Shown piece by piece: positions 38,176-48,837 of a stretch of 64,000 bases of DNA (position 1 is the stretch's first letter; every line of letters starts with the position of its first letter). Origin of the DNA: an uncultured delta proteobacterium (GTDB lineage Bacteria > Desulfobacterota > Desulfobacteria > Desulfobacterales > QNYZ01); the NCBI GenBank assembly GCA_963845145.1, contig CAWJQU010000004.1, positions 32,001 through 96,000 on the forward strand. Direction: 5' to 3'. The notes below the pieces were generated by a model that worked only from the letters and a program-made list of their open reading frames with translations, did not search any database and was not told the DNA's origin. The translations under genes and the position numbers were made by a program.

Positions 38176-39530
38176 GCCTTATCAGATTCACATTTTTCGA
38201 ATCGTTCTATAAAATGGGTATCGTAATTACCCTGCTTGAAATCGGTATCGGCCAGAACGCGTCGGTGAAAAGGCGTCGTCACATCAATCCCTTCTATCTC
38301 GCAGGCCATCAGGGCGCGATCCATTCGACGAATGGCGGCAGGTCGATTTTCATCCCAGACCGACAACTTGCAGATAAGCGAATCGTAAAATGGCGGGACC
38401 AGGCAGCCCGGAAAGAGCATGGTGTCAACCCGTACACCGGGGCCATGGGGAAGTAGCAATTGTGTTACTTCACCTGGTGAAGGCATAAAATCGTTTTCCG
38501 GATCGGCGGCATTGATGCGACACTCCATGGACCACCCTCGGATTTGAATATCGGACTGCTTATAGGGTAGGGCATGGCCGTCGGCGATTCGAATCTGCTC
38601 CCGGATTAAATCCACACCCGTTATCCATTCCGTAATAGGGTGTTCAACCTGTATTCGGGCATTGACTTCCATAAAGTAGAAATTTTTCTGCGCATCGACT
38701 AAAAATTCGATGGTTCCTGCATTCTGGTAGCCAACGGCTTTGGCGACTTTAATGGCCGCTTGTCCCATGGCTTGGCGTAAGCTTTCATCGATAAACGGGG
38801 AGGGGGCCTCCTCGATTAGTTTCTGATACCGCTTCTGAATACTGCATTCGCGTTCGCCCAAATGAATGACGTGTCCCTGGCAATCGGCCAATATCTGGAT
38901 CTCGATGTGTCGGGGCCGATCAATATATTTTTCCAGGTAGAGATCGGGGCTCCCAAAGGCCACCCGGGCTTCACCGCCGGCAACCTCAAAAGCTTCCATT
39001 AGTTCTCTTTGGTCTCTGGCAATCCGCATACCGCGGCCACCGCCGCCCCCGGAGGCCTTTATGATTACCGGGTATCCGATATGCTGAGCTATCTCACATG
39101 CCGAAAGGGCGTTCGCCAGGTTTTGTGTGCTGCCGGGAATGATGGGTACTCCGATATCGGCAACGATTTGTCGAATGCGGGCTTTGTTACCGGCACGGGC
39201 CAGACAATCAGCGGATGGGCCAATGAAAACAATTCTTTCGGATTCGCAAGTGGCCGCGAAAGCGGCGTTTTCAGAGAGAAATCCGTATCCCGGATGAATG
39301 GCGTCAGCACCGCTTTTTTTAACCGCCTCCATAATCCTGTCGATATTCAGGTAGCTTTTGCGGCTCAAGGCGGGGCCAATATGGAGAGCTTCATCGGCAA
39401 ATCGCGTATGCAGCGCCTCCCGGTCGGCATCGGAGAAAACCGCAACGCTGGCGATCCCCATTTCCCGGCAGGCCTGAATCACCCGCAGGGCGATCTCACC
39501 GCGGTTGGCCACAAGGACTTTAGCCGGCAT
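38172..39530 (-). CDS. Biotin carboxylase
   Basis: VLVANRGEIA, HPGYGFLSEN, GGGGRGMR, ERECSIQ, FMEVNARIQVEH, YDSLICK. Confidence 0.95.
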   Translation of the reverse strand: MPAKVLVANRGEIALRVIQACREMGIASVAVFSDADREALHTRFADEALHIGPALSRKSYLNIDRIMEAVKKSGADAIHPGYGFLSENAAFAATCESERIVFIGPSADCLARAGNKARIRQIVADIGVPIIPGSTQNLANALSACEIAQHIGYPVIIKASGGGGGRGMRIARDQRELMEAFEVAGGEARVAFGSPDLYLEKYIDRPRHIEIQILADCQGHVIHLGERECSIQKRYQKLIEEAPSPFIDESLRQAMGQAAIKVAKAVGYQNAGTIEFLVDAQKNFYFMEVNARIQVEHPITEWITGVDLIREQIRIADGHALPYKQSDIQIRGWSMECRINAADPENDFMPSPGEVTQLLLPHGPGVRVDTMLFPGCLVPPFYDSLICKLSVWDENRPAAIRRMDRALMACEIEGIDVTTPFHRRVLADTDFKQGNYDTHFIERFEKCESDKA

Positions 39531-39796
39531 CCGGATCTACTCATCAGGTCTACCTCGATTTCGATCAAGGGCTGGTTTTTCATGACTGGGTCTTCATTAT
39601 CCACCAGGATGCTTTTGACAATGCCGCTTTTTTCCGTTCTTAGCTCAGTAAATATTTTCATCGATTCAATGATACAAACCACTTGCGACGCCTCAACATG
39701 CTGTTCTTTCTTTACCAATGGGGCATCGTCCGGATTGGATGCGCGGTAAAAAGTACCCATTAACGGCGATGAGACGGTGTAGGTTGTTTTGCCCAC
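39479..39796 (-). CDS. Biotin carboxyl carrier protein (lipoyl/biotinyl domain only)
   Basis: SPLMGTFYRAS.P, IIESMKIF biotinylation motif; GTG start after AAGGAGG; 3' end overlaps the biotin carboxylase start. Confidence 0.85.
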   Translation of the reverse strand: MGKTTYTVSSPLMGTFYRASNPDDAPLVKKEQHVEASQVVCIIESMKIFTELRTEKSGIVKSILVDNEDPVMKNQPLIEIEVDLMSRSGCRLKSLWPTAVRSPCG

Positions 39797-39810
39797 GGGT
39801 TGCCTCCTTA

Positions 39811-39976
39811 GGGCTCGCGAAAAAATAATTACACATTTTATACGCCGATGCATCTTGATGCATCCCGTCTGGCGACGTTGTGAAAGCTCGGAATATCTCG
39901 ATATTCCAGCACTTTCACGCCTTGCCAGACGGGCGCCTCAACGCCTAAAATTGTGAACTTATTTTTGCGCGAACCC
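39811..39976. repeat. Long imperfect palindromic (MITE-like) element, family B
   Basis: GGGCTCGCGAAAAAATAA...TTATTTTTGCGCGAACCC with nested arms CCCGTCTGGC/GCCAGACGGG, GTGAAAG/CTTTCAC, GGAATATC/GATATTCC. Confidence 0.75.
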
Positions 39977-40014
39977 GTAGATGGTTTTCGGCACAAATTG
40001 ATCATAATATGTAA

Positions 40015-40053
40015 ATATACTTGACATATATTCTATAAATATGTCAAGTATAT
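40015..40053. promoter_or_regulatory. 15-bp perfect inverted repeat in the divergent promoter region (candidate GntR operator)
   Basis: ATATACTTGACATAT-N9-ATATGTCAAGTATAT. Confidence 0.6.
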
Positions 40054-40086
40054 AAAAATAGATCCAATCTAAAAAACGGTTTTATT

Positions 40087-40779
40087 ATGAGACCAGCCAT
40101 AAACACCAATCAGCCGAATCAATCTCTAAGTGCCCTTGCCTACAAAGAGATCTATCGTCGGATCATGACCCTGGCGTTTGAACCCGGCCAGCGGTTGGAA
40201 GAAAAAAAGCTGATGGAAGAGCTCGACATCGGTCGGACACCCATACGGGAAGCCCTGATGCACTTGGCCGATGACTTCATGGTTGAATCCCACGCTAAGG
40301 CGGGCTTCATTGTCAGGCCCATCACCCTTCAGAATACCCGCGCCACGTTTGGGGCACTCAAGGTGTTGGAAGCAGGTGTCGCGGATCTTGCCATGCGGCA
40401 GGAAATATCCATTTTTTTACATAAACTCGAAACAGCCAATGCGGATGTTAAAACGGCTATCGATGGTATGGATATTATTGTACTGGTGGAGGCCAATAAT
40501 CGGTTTCACCATGCCTACGCACAGTGTTCATTTAATGAATATATCATAAGCTGCCTGCATAAAGTTCGGTGTGAAACCGATCGCCTGGCTTACCTTTCTT
40601 ACGGGATTGAAGTCGATCCCCATCGCTCGTTAAAGGCGCATTACCAGTCGGTGGTAAGTGAGCATGACATGATTATTGAAGCCTTGCGTAAACGGGATAA
40701 AGCGCTTTTAATGAAAATTGTTTATCAACATATCGGCACTTTCCAGGCCCGGATTATTCGGTATGTGGCATCCGGATAG
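40087..40779 (+). CDS. GntR family (FCD) transcriptional regulator
   Basis: PGQRLEE..L.EEL.IGRTPIREAL HTH; NNRFH and EH in the FCD domain. Confidence 0.92.
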   Translation: MRPAINTNQPNQSLSALAYKEIYRRIMTLAFEPGQRLEEKKLMEELDIGRTPIREALMHLADDFMVESHAKAGFIVRPITLQNTRATFGALKVLEAGVADLAMRQEISIFLHKLETANADVKTAIDGMDIIVLVEANNRFHHAYAQCSFNEYIISCLHKVRCETDRLAYLSYGIEVDPHRSLKAHYQSVVSEHDMIIEALRKRDKALLMKIVYQHIGTFQARIIRYVASG

Positions 40780-40840
40780 ATGATAGTGGTCATCTTTATC
40801 AGGAAGAAATTCCTACTACAAAATGCAGATGGAGGTAATT

Positions 40841-41830
40841 ATGAAAAAAACAGTGTTTATCGTGTTGGCCTTGATCTTTGCTTTGGCGCCAGTGTCCACG
40901 GCATTGGCAAAAACCAAATGGGATCTTCATTTAAACTATCCAGCGGGCAATTTTCACTCCAAAGGTGCCCAGGCGTTTGCCGATAAGGTAAAAGAAGCGA
41001 CCAATGGCGAATTGGAAATTGTGCTTCATCCCGGTTCAGCCCTTGGATTCAAAGGGCCGGAACTGCTCCGTGCCGTAGCGGAAGGTCAGCTGGCAATTGC
41101 TGAGGTCCCCACCGGCATGGTCGAAGGCGATGCCCCCGCCCTGGCCTTGACAGCTCAGCCGTTTATTTCCACGACCGCCTTTGAGCAACGGTTGCTATAT
41201 CAACTGGCCAAACCGACCTATGCCAAAATATTGAAAAAGTTTAACCAGTTTACGCTTTACTCCTCGGTGTGGCCTTTTTCGGGCATCTACACCCAGCGCC
41301 CCATTAAATCGGCTGCTGATTTAAAGGGATTAAAAATGCGGGTGTACGATGGTACCGGTCTGGCCTTTGGGGGTGCTACGGGAATAGCCGCGCGCAAGAT
41401 GCCGTTTAGTGAGGTTTATCCTGCGATGAAAGCCGGATTGCTCGACTCCATGTACACCTCCTCGGCATCCGGCGTGGACGCCAAAGCCTGGGAAGTTCTC
41501 AAACACTTTACACCGATCAACATCGTTGGTCCGGTAAACATGGTCAATGTAAACCAGGCGGCCTGGGATAAGCTGCCTAAGGAGATTCAGGGCAAAGTGC
41601 TTGAGATTGCTGCGCAAATGGAAGATGACATGTGGAACCTTGCCAGTGATATGGACCGCACGAGTCGAAAAACGCTGACCGAAAATGGGATGATGATCGA
41701 TTCCGTTAGCCCCGGGTTTCGTCAGGAACTCAATGCCATTGGTGACAAGTTGCGGGGCGAATGGGCTAAAAAAGGCGGCGCCGATGCCCAGGCGGTACTG
41801 GATGATTACTATCGAATAACCGGTCGATAA
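40841..41830 (+). CDS. dctP: TRAP transporter substrate-binding protein
   Basis: Signal peptide; DLKGLKMRV, MPFSEVYPA, WDKLP. Confidence 0.88.
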   Translation: MKKTVFIVLALIFALAPVSTALAKTKWDLHLNYPAGNFHSKGAQAFADKVKEATNGELEIVLHPGSALGFKGPELLRAVAEGQLAIAEVPTGMVEGDAPALALTAQPFISTTAFEQRLLYQLAKPTYAKILKKFNQFTLYSSVWPFSGIYTQRPIKSAADLKGLKMRVYDGTGLAFGGATGIAARKMPFSEVYPAMKAGLLDSMYTSSASGVDAKAWEVLKHFTPINIVGPVNMVNVNQAAWDKLPKEIQGKVLEIAAQMEDDMWNLASDMDRTSRKTLTENGMMIDSVSPGFRQELNAIGDKLRGEWAKKGGADAQAVLDDYYRITGR

Positions 41831-41937
41831 GATAACCGGACGCGCTATCGTGCTTTGATACACTATCCGGTTTGCCGGTTAGGGGCGATCCCCATCCGGC
41901 AAACCGGATCATTTTTACTCTAAACCCTGTTGTGCGT

Positions 41938-42441
41938 ATGAACATTTTTGTGAGAATGGTTGACAAAATAAGCGACTTAACTGCCTGGATATCGGCTGTA
42001 ATACTTGGTCTGATGACCCTGCTGATCCTGGTGGAAATCTTATTGTGGAACGCTTTTCAGAAGACCACCCTGATTGCCGATGAATATAGTGCCTACGGAC
42101 TGGCAGCCATCATCTTTCTGGGCGCCGGTTATTGTTTAAAAGAGAAAGGACATATCCGCATTACCCTTATCCTTGGGCTATTGCCGGAAAAGTTAGCCCG
42201 AGCCATTACCTTTATTGCGACTTGCGCCACCACGGCCTTCATGGGGTATCTCTGGTGGTATCTGTTTAAAATGGTGAGTGCGACCTTTCGCTATCAGTCC
42301 ACCTCGGGAACCTTGACCCATACGCCGCTGTGGATACCTCAAACCCTGATGCTCATCGGTGCTGCCGGGTTTTTTATTCAATTGGCGGCCATGTCCATTA
42401 AGACTTATGCGGCCATTGCTACCAAAGAGGAGGTCGTCTGA
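41938..42441 (+). CDS. dctQ: TRAP transporter small permease
   Basis: Four TM segments; ADEYSAY, KGHIRI, PLWIPQ. Confidence 0.88.
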   Translation: MNIFVRMVDKISDLTAWISAVILGLMTLLILVEILLWNAFQKTTLIADEYSAYGLAAIIFLGAGYCLKEKGHIRITLILGLLPEKLARAITFIATCATTAFMGYLWWYLFKMVSATFRYQSTSGTLTHTPLWIPQTLMLIGAAGFFIQLAAMSIKTYAAIATKEEVV

Positions 42442-43751
42442 TGGATGCTGGTATGGCGACCATGTCCTTATTGGTTTTCGGTATTTTGTTTTTAACCCTG
42501 GGGGCCGGAGTCTGGGTCGGCTTCTCCCTGTTTATTGTCGGCTTTGTCGGCATGACATTGTTCAGTTCTCTCCCCGCCGGAAACAATATGGCTTCTTCCG
42601 TTTGGGCCACAGTGGAAAAATGGGAATATGTGGCCCTACCCCTGTTTATTTTAATGGGGGAAATTCTATTTCGCTCAGGAATTTCCGAAAAGCTTTTCAA
42701 GGCGCTGGTTCCCTGGCTTTACCGGTTGCCGGGCGGATTGCTGCTGATGAATATTGTTTCGTGCACGCTTTTTGCGGCTGTCTCCGGTTCCAGTGCCGCT
42801 ACCACTGCCACCGTGGGACGCATCACCCTGGCCGAGTTTGATAAACTCGGATACGACAAAAAAATCGCCATGGGGTCTCTGGCCGGCGCAGGGACCCTTG
42901 GTTTTTTGATTCCCCCATCTTTGATCATGATCGTTTACGCCATTCTGGCCGAGGTTTCCATCGGCAAAATGTTCATGGCCGGAATATTGCCGGGATTGCT
43001 TCTCGCGGGAATTTATTCAAGCTATATTATTTACCGGGGGATTCGAAACCCTGAGATTGCCCCAAAAACGCAGGACCACTATTCCTGGGTGGAACGTCTC
43101 GTCGCCCTAAAGGATTTGGCGCCAACCTTTCTTCTGATCTTGATGGTATTGGGAAGTATTTATGCCGGTTTTGCCACACCGACGGAAGCGGCGGCGCTGG
43201 GTGTTCTGGGGGCCACGGTGTTTGCGTTGATCAACCGACGGATGAACTTTAAAATTCTGATGGAGTGCCTGGTGGGTGCCGTTAAAACCAATGCCATGAT
43301 TATGCTGATTGTGGTGGGCGCTGGGTTTCTTTCCCGGGTGATGGGTTTTTTGGGCATTCCGGCAGCCATTACCCAAGCCATTATTGAAATGAATCTGTCG
43401 CCTTATGCCTTAATGGCCTTGTTAGGCCTGGTTTACATTATTCTGGGATGTTTGCTGGACGGATTCTCCATTGTTGTGATGACCTTACCCATCGCATTAC
43501 CTATGGTTACGGCGGCCGGATTTGATCCCATCTGGTTTGGTATTTATCTTATCCTAATGGTGGAGGTTAGCCAGATAACGCCGCCGGTAGGGTTTAATCT
43601 GTTTGTTATCCAGGGATTAACCGGGGAGCCCATTATTAATATTGCCCGGTACGCATTGCCGTTTTTCTTCCTGATGCTATTGACGACGGCCATCATAACC
43701 ATTTTTCCGGATATCGCCTTGATTTTGCCTAATATCATGATTGGAAAATAG
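42441..43751 (+). CDS. dctM: TRAP transporter large permease
   Basis: ALPLFILMG, GTLGFLIPPS, TPTEAAALG, GFDPIWFG, ITPPVGFNLFV. Confidence 0.92.
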   Translation: MDAGMATMSLLVFGILFLTLGAGVWVGFSLFIVGFVGMTLFSSLPAGNNMASSVWATVEKWEYVALPLFILMGEILFRSGISEKLFKALVPWLYRLPGGLLLMNIVSCTLFAAVSGSSAATTATVGRITLAEFDKLGYDKKIAMGSLAGAGTLGFLIPPSLIMIVYAILAEVSIGKMFMAGILPGLLLAGIYSSYIIYRGIRNPEIAPKTQDHYSWVERLVALKDLAPTFLLILMVLGSIYAGFATPTEAAALGVLGATVFALINRRMNFKILMECLVGAVKTNAMIMLIVVGAGFLSRVMGFLGIPAAITQAIIEMNLSPYALMALLGLVYIILGCLLDGFSIVVMTLPIALPMVTAAGFDPIWFGIYLILMVEVSQITPPVGFNLFVIQGLTGEPIINIARYALPFFFLMLLTTAIITIFPDIALILPNIMIGK

Positions 43752-43764
43752 GAGTCCACTCATT

Positions 43765-44535
43765 ATGCCCACCATCGATCTAAATTGTGACATGGGTGAA
43801 AGTTTTGGTGCTTACACCATGGGGATGGATTCTGAGGTGATGTCGTATATTACGTCAGCCAATATTGCTTGTGGTTGGCACGCGGGTGATCCGCTTGTGA
43901 TGGGGAACACTATAAAACAGGCCGTTAACCATGGGGTTGCCGTGGGTGCGCATCCCGGATATCCTGATCTGATGGGGTTTGGGCGACGAAATATGGATTG
44001 TACGCCCGATGATGTATTTCACTATGTGGTTTATCAAATTGGCGCCATACAGGCCTTTTGCCGTTTGCACGACACGCGCTTACAACATGTAAAACCCCAT
44101 GGCGCTCTCTATTTGACCGCTGTAGAAAGTGATACAATCGCCCAGGCTGTGGCCGAAGCGATCGTCCGCGTCGATCCGAATCTGACCTATGTTGCCCTGG
44201 CCGGTGCCAAGGGTGAGAAAATGAGACGGATAGGTCGGGAAGTCGGTTTGAAGGTAGCCTACGAAGCCTTTCCCGATCGGGCCTATACACCGGAGGGGAC
44301 CCTTCAATCCCGTCGTATTCCGGGATCCGTTATCACCGATCCGAACGAAGTGGCCGACCGTGCCCTTCGAATGGCAAAGGAAAACCAGATCATCGCCGTC
44401 GATGGGTCCGTGATAACCGTTGAGGCGCAAACCCTTTGTGTACACGGGGATACACCCATAGCGGTTGAGTTGGTGGCTCGGATTCGGTCGGCGTTGGAAA
44501 ATGATGGGGTTACCCTGAAAGCGATGGGGCATTAG
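43765..44535 (+). CDS. pxpA: 5-oxoprolinase subunit A (LamB/YcsF)
   Basis: IDLNCDMGESFG, NIACGWHAGD, GAHPGYPD, HVKPHGALY, LCVHGD. Confidence 0.92.
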   Translation: MPTIDLNCDMGESFGAYTMGMDSEVMSYITSANIACGWHAGDPLVMGNTIKQAVNHGVAVGAHPGYPDLMGFGRRNMDCTPDDVFHYVVYQIGAIQAFCRLHDTRLQHVKPHGALYLTAVESDTIAQAVAEAIVRVDPNLTYVALAGAKGEKMRRIGREVGLKVAYEAFPDRAYTPEGTLQSRRIPGSVITDPNEVADRALRMAKENQIIAVDGSVITVEAQTLCVHGDTPIAVELVARIRSALENDGVTLKAMGH

Positions 44536-44615
44536 CTAAAGACCATTGTTGAAATATTTCGTACTTCCGGCTTCTGAATTTTTCCATCGTTGACTTCGAT
44601 ATGGATGACATCTAA

Positions 44616-45335
44616 ATGAAAAATGGTCGCTATGAAAAACCCCGCTTTCGCATCGCCGGTGATCGCGGCCTGCTGATGGAGTATGGCGATATCATTGACC
44701 CGGTCATTAACCGAAAGGTTCGGACCATGGTCATTTTGATAGATCAGGCCCCACCCGAGGGAATCATTGAGGTGATCCCCACCTATCGTTCCTTGCTCAT
44801 CATCTATGACCCGGGGGTAACAACCCCTGAACGGATTCAAAATGATTTAGATGCGTTGGAACAGCACCACGATCGGATTGAGATCCCACCGCCACGCACG
44901 GTGAAGATCCCCGTCTGCTATGGGGAGACGTTCGGACCCGATCTCGCCCATGTGGCTGACGTTAACCGATTGACCGAAGACGAGGTGATTGATTTACATA
45001 CCGCCACGGCCTATCCGATTTACATGATCGGGTTTACGCCAGGGTTTCCCTTTTTAGGCGGCTTGTCGGAAAAGCTCCATACGCCTCGCTTAAAAACCCC
45101 CCGGACCCATGTTCCGGCCGGATCCGTCGGCATCGCCAACAACCAAACCGGTATCTATCCGGTATCCAGTCCCGGTGGTTGGCAACTCATTGGTCAAACC
45201 CCGCTGAAACTTTTTAACCCATCTATGGATAATCCGTTTTTATATCAAGTCGGCGATTTAATACGGTTTGAATCGATACCAACGGCGACCTTTCATGAAA
45301 TGGCAGCTGAAGGGGGTGCGGATGAAAGCCGTTAA
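44616..45335 (+). CDS. pxpB: 5-oxoprolinase subunit B / carboxyltransferase C-D domain (KipI-like)
   Basis: IPVCYG..FGPDL, IGFTPGFPFL, PAGSVGIA, GIYP..SPGGWQLIG. Confidence 0.9.
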   Translation: MKNGRYEKPRFRIAGDRGLLMEYGDIIDPVINRKVRTMVILIDQAPPEGIIEVIPTYRSLLIIYDPGVTTPERIQNDLDALEQHHDRIEIPPPRTVKIPVCYGETFGPDLAHVADVNRLTEDEVIDLHTATAYPIYMIGFTPGFPFLGGLSEKLHTPRLKTPRTHVPAGSVGIANNQTGIYPVSSPGGWQLIGQTPLKLFNPSMDNPFLYQVGDLIRFESIPTATFHEMAAEGGADESR

Positions 45336-46278
45336 AGTACTCACACCCGGGGCGTATACAACGGTTCAGGACCTGGGGCGATACGGCTACCAACGTCTGG
45401 GAATACCGATTTGTGGAGCCATGGATCGGTTTGCATTTCAAGTGGCCAACTTATTGGTGGGCAATCATTCCCAGGCGGCGGCGTTGGAATTAACCATTCT
45501 GGGACCACGGGTAGAATTTTTAGTACCCTCCACCATCGCTGTTACCGGTGCCAAAATGGGTATGGCTATCAATGACAAGCCGGTTGAGAACTGGTGTTCG
45601 ATACCTGTTCATCCCGGTGATGTTCTCGATGTTCACCAAGTGACCTCCGGATGCCGAGCCTATTTGGCCATCAATGGGGGGATCGACGTTCCTTCTGTAA
45701 TGGGCAGCTATTCCACCTATGTGGGCGGCCAAATCGGTGGGTACCTGGGAAGAGTGCTTCGCGCCGATGATATTCTTGAAATCGGACCGCCGAACGATCT
45801 GAACATGTCCTGTCACCTGCCGGAAAAATGGATTCCCGAATATCCTGACAACGTCACTGTTCGTGCCATTCCCGGACCGCAGGATGACTTTTTTAAAGAA
45901 GGCCTGACAACCCTTTTCAAGGCCGAATTCATGGTCACCGCAAAAGCGGACAGAATGGGGTATCGCCTCCAGGGCCCGGAAATCAACCTTATCGACGACA
46001 TGCCTTTAAGTATCATCTCTGAACCCAGCGTTCCGGGCGGGATTCAAATTCCGGCGGATTGTCAACCGATCGTATTATTTGTGGAGCAGACGGTTGGGGG
46101 GTATGTTAAAATAGCGACCGTGATATCGAAAGATCTGGGTGTGTTGGCCCAGGCCGTTCCCGGCGATATGGTTCGGTTCGAAAAAGTTAATTTAAAGAGC
46201 GCTCATGCGATTTACAAAGAGGAATCGAAGCGCATGGAACAGGTAGTGAGTTGGATCTCAAGAAAAAGAGGCGCGTAA
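45322..46278 (+). CDS. pxpC: 5-oxoprolinase subunit C / carboxyltransferase A-B domain (KipA-like)
   Basis: TTVQDLGR.G, GAMD, ANLLVGN, GCRAYLA..GG, DRMGYRL, QTVGGY.KI. Confidence 0.9.
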   Translation: MKAVKVLTPGAYTTVQDLGRYGYQRLGIPICGAMDRFAFQVANLLVGNHSQAAALELTILGPRVEFLVPSTIAVTGAKMGMAINDKPVENWCSIPVHPGDVLDVHQVTSGCRAYLAINGGIDVPSVMGSYSTYVGGQIGGYLGRVLRADDILEIGPPNDLNMSCHLPEKWIPEYPDNVTVRAIPGPQDDFFKEGLTTLFKAEFMVTAKADRMGYRLQGPEINLIDDMPLSIISEPSVPGGIQIPADCQPIVLFVEQTVGGYVKIATVISKDLGVLAQAVPGDMVRFEKVNLKSAHAIYKEESKRMEQVVSWISRKRGA

Positions 46279-46337
46279 ACCCAAATCCTTCCACGTGAGA
46301 TATCCCTTTTTTCTAATGTTCGATACTGCTTTTTTAT

Positions 46338-47369
46338 TTAGACCCAGTTTAACACCACCTTCCCCGACTCTCCCGAGCGCATCACCTCGAATGCTTCTTG
46401 ATACTCGCTAAAATGGAAGCGGTGGGTGATCAGTGGTTCGATGTTGAGGCCGGTTTGAATCATGACCGTCATTTTATACCAGGTTTCATACATCTCGCGA
46501 CCATAAATGCCTTTGATGGTCAGCCCGTTGAAGACCACGAAATCCCAGTCAATGGCTGTGTTGGGGGGGAGAATCCCCAATAGGGCGATCTTGGCGCCAT
46601 GGCACATGCTGGGGAGCATCGCCCTCAGCGCGTCCGGGCTACCGGACATCTCCATCCCGACATCAAAGCCCTCTTTCATGCCGAGCTTTTTTTGCGCGTC
46701 CTCGATTTTATCTTTGCTTACGTCCAGGGCTAGGGTGGCCCCCATTTTTTTAGCGAGACTCAAGCGGTAAGGGTTGATATCCGTTACAACCACATGACGG
46801 GCACCCGCGTGCCTGGCGATTGCGGTGGCCATGCATCCAATGGGGCCGGCGCCGGTGATTAATACATCTTCGCCCAACACATCAAAGGATAACGCGGTGT
46901 GGGTCGCATTGCCTAAGGGGTCAAAGCAGGAAAGGATATCCATTGGAATCGTTGGATCACAATACCACACATTGGTCACCGGAATGCTTAAATATTCGGC
47001 AAAGGCACCGGGCCGATTAACGCCAACCCCGCTGGTATTCATACACAGATGCCGTCGACCGGCGAGGCAGTTACGACAGCGGCCGCAAACCAGATGTCCT
47101 TCACCGGAAACAATATCGCCAGGGTGAAAATCATGAACGTTGTCACCGATCTCGGCGACCTCACCCACAAACTCATGCCCCACATGCATGGGGACCGGGA
47201 TCGTCTTTTGGGCCCAGGCATCCCAGTTGTAGATATGAACATCCGTACCGCAAATGGCGGTTTTGTGAATTTTAATCAACACGTCATTGCGACCCATGGT
47301 CGGCACCGGAACCTCTTCTAACCAGATACCCGGCTCCGATTTACTTTTTACCAATGCTTTCATATTCAT
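46338..47369 (-). CDS. tdh: L-threonine 3-dehydrogenase
   Basis: [52 protein letters not shown]. Confidence 0.95.
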   Translation of the reverse strand: MNMKALVKSKSEPGIWLEEVPVPTMGRNDVLIKIHKTAICGTDVHIYNWDAWAQKTIPVPMHVGHEFVGEVAEIGDNVHDFHPGDIVSGEGHLVCGRCRNCLAGRRHLCMNTSGVGVNRPGAFAEYLSIPVTNVWYCDPTIPMDILSCFDPLGNATHTALSFDVLGEDVLITGAGPIGCMATAIARHAGARHVVVTDINPYRLSLAKKMGATLALDVSKDKIEDAQKKLGMKEGFDVGMEMSGSPDALRAMLPSMCHGAKIALLGILPPNTAIDWDFVVFNGLTIKGIYGREMYETWYKMTVMIQTGLNIEPLITHRFHFSEYQEAFEVMRSGESGKVVLNWV

Positions 47370-47391
47370 GGCGGTGTGCCTTTCATCGGTT

Positions 47392-48741
47392 TCAGTGGTT
47401 GTCTTGTCGATTTCCGTGGTATGTCGTCAGAACATATTCAAACATCTTTTGGCTTTGTGGGGCCAGTACAAGGGCGTATTTAACCGTATCTTTATCTTCT
47501 TTTGCATAAATACCGTAATCGCCACTATTTTTGATATCCCAGTAAAGGGTGTTAAGATTACGTTTGATCTCAAGCTTGACCGTCACATTGCGGGTATTTT
47601 TTACTTCGATGCGAAAAGTGCGGGTCTCGTCCCACCCATTTATCTGACCCTTTCGATCAAAGGTGTAGTGATCGGTGCGATAGTCCATCAAGGTGGGTTT
47701 CACAATCACATCTTGAGCCGTCCCCAGGCTCAATTCCACATCTTCATCAACGGGGATATATTTAAATGCCGACTGGCCTTCATAAGAGAGGTGCTGCTTG
47801 TCATCGACTCTGCGAAATACCTTTAGCCCACCACCGGGTATGGGGGTTTGCCCCAGTTTGTGGGATTTGTCATTTTTAAAGCTGATAAATCGAATCGGCT
47901 GATCGCCATACCGCTGCTGTTCAAATTTATATAAGCTCTCCACGGGTACTTCTGCAGCATCAAAACTGGGTAGACGTTTGGACCACCCTGTCGGTATCGT
48001 TTCCGTCCCTTCGATGGTGTAGAGAAAATATTCACTCAGCCCCTCTTTCTTAATCTCCTTCTTCGATAATCTAACTCCTGCTGCAGATGGGGCTGCAACG
48101 GCTTCATCCATCATCATTTTTGCTTTGGCGACCCTATTTTGCGGTAATGCCCTGCCAAGGGTGGCACCGCTGGGGCGTCCATAAGGGGCATCTCTTTGGG
48201 CCAGCATGGCGATCTGATCGAGCAGATGAACGTTGCCGACAATGAGCCGAACCTGGGCATTTTGGTAATCCTCACCACTATTATTGGTTACCCGCACATA
48301 CCCTTTTAGTCGCATGGTTTGCTCGTCGGGTGCCAAGGTGCCCATATAAAACGCCCGCCAACGGATACCGCTGGTCAGATAGGTGATTTCAACCGGAACG
48401 TTGCCTTTAATGCTGCTGTTAATTTGCCAAATACCGACATTTTTCACCCGGGGCGGGTAGGTCAGATCAAAAATATCAATGTTGTCGGCACTCTTTTTGG
48501 GTAACATTTCCAAACTGGTTGGATCGATGAGGGTGTTGGCCCAGGAAAATTGTAAACGGTTGGGGCCCTCCTTTAGGGTTAATGCCCGTCCGTCGCGAAC
48601 CAGTGTGAGGTCGGCCGAGTTATAAATGGTTACCTGGGTTGTATCGCGGGCCGGCAAGGTGACCAGGTCGATCTTGGCCGAAGCCGGTTGTCCCACGATT
48701 CCGGCAAACAACATCAAGACAACTATTTTAAGGGTTTTCAT
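47392..48741 (-). CDS. Secreted DUF4139-like domain protein
   Basis: Signal peptide; [43 protein letters not shown]. Confidence 0.65.
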   Translation of the reverse strand: MKTLKIVVLMLFAGIVGQPASAKIDLVTLPARDTTQVTIYNSADLTLVRDGRALTLKEGPNRLQFSWANTLIDPTSLEMLPKKSADNIDIFDLTYPPRVKNVGIWQINSSIKGNVPVEITYLTSGIRWRAFYMGTLAPDEQTMRLKGYVRVTNNSGEDYQNAQVRLIVGNVHLLDQIAMLAQRDAPYGRPSGATLGRALPQNRVAKAKMMMDEAVAAPSAAGVRLSKKEIKKEGLSEYFLYTIEGTETIPTGWSKRLPSFDAAEVPVESLYKFEQQRYGDQPIRFISFKNDKSHKLGQTPIPGGGLKVFRRVDDKQHLSYEGQSAFKYIPVDEDVELSLGTAQDVIVKPTLMDYRTDHYTFDRKGQINGWDETRTFRIEVKNTRNVTVKLEIKRNLNTLYWDIKNSGDYGIYAKEDKDTVKYALVLAPQSQKMFEYVLTTYHGNRQDNH

Positions 48742-48780
48742 GAAAGCTCCTTTCTATCAGGATTTTACTTATCCTGATTA

Positions 48781-48822
48781 CATCAAACCTGGTCACATCA
48801 AACCTGACCATATCAAATCTGA
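48781..48822. repeat. 15-bp tandem repeat, about 3 units
   Basis: catcaaacctggtca catcaaacctgacca tatcaaatctga. Confidence 0.7.
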
Positions 48823-48837
48823 AAAGCCGATTGCCGC

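Noticed and set aside
38172..39796. Housekeeping accBC of fatty-acid synthesis
   Set aside because: The BCCP is a minimal domain without the AccB N-terminal linker and the context is catabolic; symbols withheld.
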